From Nitrospirota bacterium (GTDB taxonomy: Bacteria; Nitrospirota; UBA9217), in assembly GCA_029858565.1 (NCBI GenBank), contig JAOUEV010000062.1, positions 1-18,122 on the forward strand: a stretch of 18,122 nucleotides of DNA, read 5' to 3'. The notes under the pieces are model-generated. The model was not told the origin of the DNA. It made no database searches and worked only from the letters and a program-made list of their open reading frames with translations. Of this stretch, positions 16,096 to 18,122 are shown in pieces; positions within the stretch are counted from its first letter, which is position 1, and every line of letters begins with the position of its first letter. The position numbers and the translations under genes were made by a program.

Positions 16096-17300
16096 ACTTC
16101 TTAGAGATCTTCAAGGTCTCGCTCGAGGCGATCCTCTCCAATAAAGTACGCTCCGGCCTGACCATGCTCGGGGTGATCATTGGCGTTATGGCGGTGATTC
16201 TCCTCGTATCCATTGGCGAGGGCGCAAAGGCCTACATCACGCAGGAATTGACCGGTCTCGGCACGAACCTGCTGATCATCACACCCGGAAAGACGACGAC
16301 CAAGGGCGGGTTCCATCCTCCTTCTGCGGGAACGGTGCGCAAGCTTACCTACGACGATTCCCTTGCCTTGAAGCGGCGCGCCTGGCTTCTTTCCGACGCG
16401 GTCCCGATCGTTATAGGAACAGGTTCGATAAAGTTCCAGAACAAGGGTCGGGATACCATGATCATCGGAACGTCCCCGGAGTTCGAACGCGTGCGGAATC
16501 TCTACGTGGAAACCGGTTCGTTCGTGACCCAGGGCCACGTGGATTCGAAGGAAAAGGTCATTGTTCTCGGAAGAAAAGTTAAGGACGAGTTGTTCGGGAT
16601 CGAGAACGCGCTGGGGAAGGTGGTGACCGTATCCGATGCCCGTTACCGGGTCGTCGGCGTGATGCACAAGAAGGGCATGAGCCTCGGCTGGGATGTCGAC
16701 GACGTCGTTTTCCTCCCGGTGACCAGCGGCCAGGAGCTTTTTGACACCGATTCACTGTTCGAGATCCTCGCGTCGACCCCCCGTTCCGAGGATACGGAAC
16801 GGGCGATCAGCCAGATCAAGGACATCCTGATACGGCGCCATGCGCACAAAGAGGATTTTACGATCCAGACCCAGGGCGCCATGCTTGAGACCATGAACAC
16901 CATCCTGAACGTTCTTACCGCGGTTCTTGGCGGCATCGCCGGGATCTCGCTCCTGGTCGGAGGCATCGGCATCATGAACATCATGCTCGTGTCAGTACGG
17001 GAACGGATCAGAGAGATCGGCATACGCAAGGCGATCGGTGCGAGGAACCGGGACATCATGGCGCAATTCATGATCGAGGCAGTGACCCTCTCAGGCGTGG
17101 GAGGGATCATCGGCATCCTGCTCGGAGTCGGCATCGCATTCTTGATCCCCCTGTTCGTGACCGTACTGCCCACCAGTGTCTCACTCTGGTCCATTGTGAC
17201 CGCATTCTCATTCTCCATGGCGGTGGGAGTGTTCTTCGGCGTTTATCCGGCCAGAAAAGCGGCACTGCAAGACCCCATCACAGCGCTCCGGTACGAGTAG
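16092..17300 (+). CDS. ABC transporter permease (MacB/FtsX type)
   Basis: RSGLTMLGVIIGV, GGIGIMNIMLVSVRERIREIGIRKAIGA and GVYPARKAALQDPITALRYE. Start reassigned to ATG 16092 (ATGA overlap with the ATPase stop). Confidence 0.95.
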   Translation: MNFLEIFKVSLEAILSNKVRSGLTMLGVIIGVMAVILLVSIGEGAKAYITQELTGLGTNLLIITPGKTTTKGGFHPPSAGTVRKLTYDDSLALKRRAWLLSDAVPIVIGTGSIKFQNKGRDTMIIGTSPEFERVRNLYVETGSFVTQGHVDSKEKVIVLGRKVKDELFGIENALGKVVTVSDARYRVVGVMHKKGMSLGWDVDDVVFLPVTSGQELFDTDSLFEILASTPRSEDTERAISQIKDILIRRHAHKEDFTIQTQGAMLETMNTILNVLTAVLGGIAGISLLVGGIGIMNIMLVSVRERIREIGIRKAIGARNRDIMAQFMIEAVTLSGVGGIIGILLGVGIAFLIPLFVTVLPTSVSLWSIVTAFSFSMAVGVFFGVYPARKAALQDPITALRYE

Positions 17301-17332
17301 ACGGTCATCGGGTCTACGGGGATAGAAATATC

Positions 17333-17386
17333 TGCTATACTCAAGAAAATGAGGGGAGGAATACCTTCGAACTGAAGGAGGATTCC
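17333..17386 (+). promoter_or_regulatory. extended -10 promoter plus 5' leader hairpin covering the SD
   Basis: TGcTATACT at 17333-17341. The hairpin GGAAT-A-CCTTC-gaact-GAAGG-AGG-ATTCC (17358-17386) includes the SD AAGGAGG of the 17390 gene. Confidence 0.5.
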
Positions 17387-17389
17387 GCT

Positions 17390-17893
17390 ATGGAAAACCG
17401 GTCAGGCGTCTTTCTGGTCAAAACCGATTGGTGGTATGTGGAGCGGATGGTGTGGCTCATTGCGGGGATCGACGTGCTGGCGAGTTCGGTCCTGGCCGCT
17501 TTACATCATCCCAACTGGACGTTCTCGATACTCTTCGTCGGTATCTGCTCGATACTTGTGGCGGTGACCGGATTCTGCATCGTCGGGAACGTACTTTATC
17601 TTCTTGGCGCTCAACCGCTGGTGCCCGACAGAAAAACCGTGAACAACGGCAAATGGTCAAAGATCTACTTCATGCAGACCGATGAATGGTATCTTGAACG
17701 TTGCATCTACATGTTCGTCGGTGTGAACCTGTCGCTTTCCTCGATCCTGGCACACTATTACAGCAGTGCCTGGCTCTACTTCACCGGTTTTGTCGGCACC
17801 GCAACGATCTTCTTCGCCTTCACGGGTTTCTGTATAATGGCAAACTTTCTCTATCGGATCGGCATGGAGCCGCGCATGTGCCGGTTTCTTTGA
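17390..17893 (+). CDS. membrane protein with two tandem DUF2892 (YgaP-like TM) domains
   Basis: Repeat 1: TDWWYVER..LIAG...W...FVG...TGFCIVGNVLYLLG. Repeat 2: TDEWYLER..MFVG...W...FVG...TGFCIMANFLYRIG. Confidence 0.85.
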   Translation: MENRSGVFLVKTDWWYVERMVWLIAGIDVLASSVLAALHHPNWTFSILFVGICSILVAVTGFCIVGNVLYLLGAQPLVPDRKTVNNGKWSKIYFMQTDEWYLERCIYMFVGVNLSLSSILAHYYSSAWLYFTGFVGTATIFFAFTGFCIMANFLYRIGMEPRMCRFL

Positions 17894-17896
17894 ACG

Positions 17897-18121
17897 TCAG
17901 AATTTTCCCGCGTTCTGCTCAACGAGGGAAATCGGGATGTGATAATTCGTTCCCCTGACCTCGCCGTGGATCTTGATCGGAAAACACCCGCCCAGCCCCT
18001 TTTCCAGCTTGTAGATCGAAAAACTCATGTTGCAGGCCCGGCAGGTCACCCGGCCGTCCTTGTAGGCATAACCGCGTTTTTGCGGATAGCAGCTGACGCA
18101 GGCGTCGAAGAAGGCAAAAAC
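17897..18121 (-). CDS. DUF2318 / FtrD-like Fe-S-containing protein, C-terminal part (truncated by the window edge)
   Basis: Manual translation: VFAFFDACVSCYPQKRGYAYKDGRVTCRACNMSFSIYKLEKGLGGCFPIKIHGEVRGTNYHIPISLVEQNAGKF*. It shows the DACxxC...GY...CxxC...GGC.P pattern and is absent from the ORF track. Confidence 0.85.
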   Translation of the reverse strand, partial: VFAFFDACVSCYPQKRGYAYKDGRVTCRACNMSFSIYKLEKGLGGCFPIKIHGEVRGTNYHIPISLVEQNAGKF

Positions 18122-18122
18122 G

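Noticed and set aside
1-18122. CRISPR arrays, IS elements, integrases, tRNA/rRNA, defence or phage genes
   Set aside because: I saw no spaced direct repeats, terminal inverted repeats, transposase or recombinase motifs, or RNA gene signatures. Nearly all the sequence is accounted for by the listed CDSs.

Overview
Gene-dense bacterial chromosomal window, almost all on the + strand, with no mobile element, CRISPR array or RNA gene that I can support. (1) 97-5167: an Rrf2 Fe-S regulator, then a cbb3-type cytochrome c oxidase locus with a non-canonical layout: ccoN, a CcoO plus cytochrome c fusion, a stand-alone CcoP N-terminal anchor, a 30-aa single-TM ORF missed by the ORF track, ccoG and fixH/ccoH. 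There is no ccoI or ccoS in the window. (2) 5272-10383: promoter and palindrome, TetR, TolC-family channel and an RND pump with no adjacent adaptor. (3) 10453-17300: MqnA, a CDF metal transporter, a polyprenol/dolichol-kinase-family protein, a doubly deleted TolC remnant, a CoxG/SRPBCC protein and a MacAB-type ABC exporter. (4) 17390-18122: a tandem DUF2892 membrane protein behind a uORF/hairpin leader, converging on a partial DUF2318 Fe-S protein. The best leads are the PsbM-like micro-ORF in the cbb3 operon, a possible quinone/prenyl-lipid handling cluster, two inner-membrane pumps that may share one adaptor and one channel, and two TolC deletion junctions carrying the same heptamer. All family calls come from motif recognition by eye; no searches were run.
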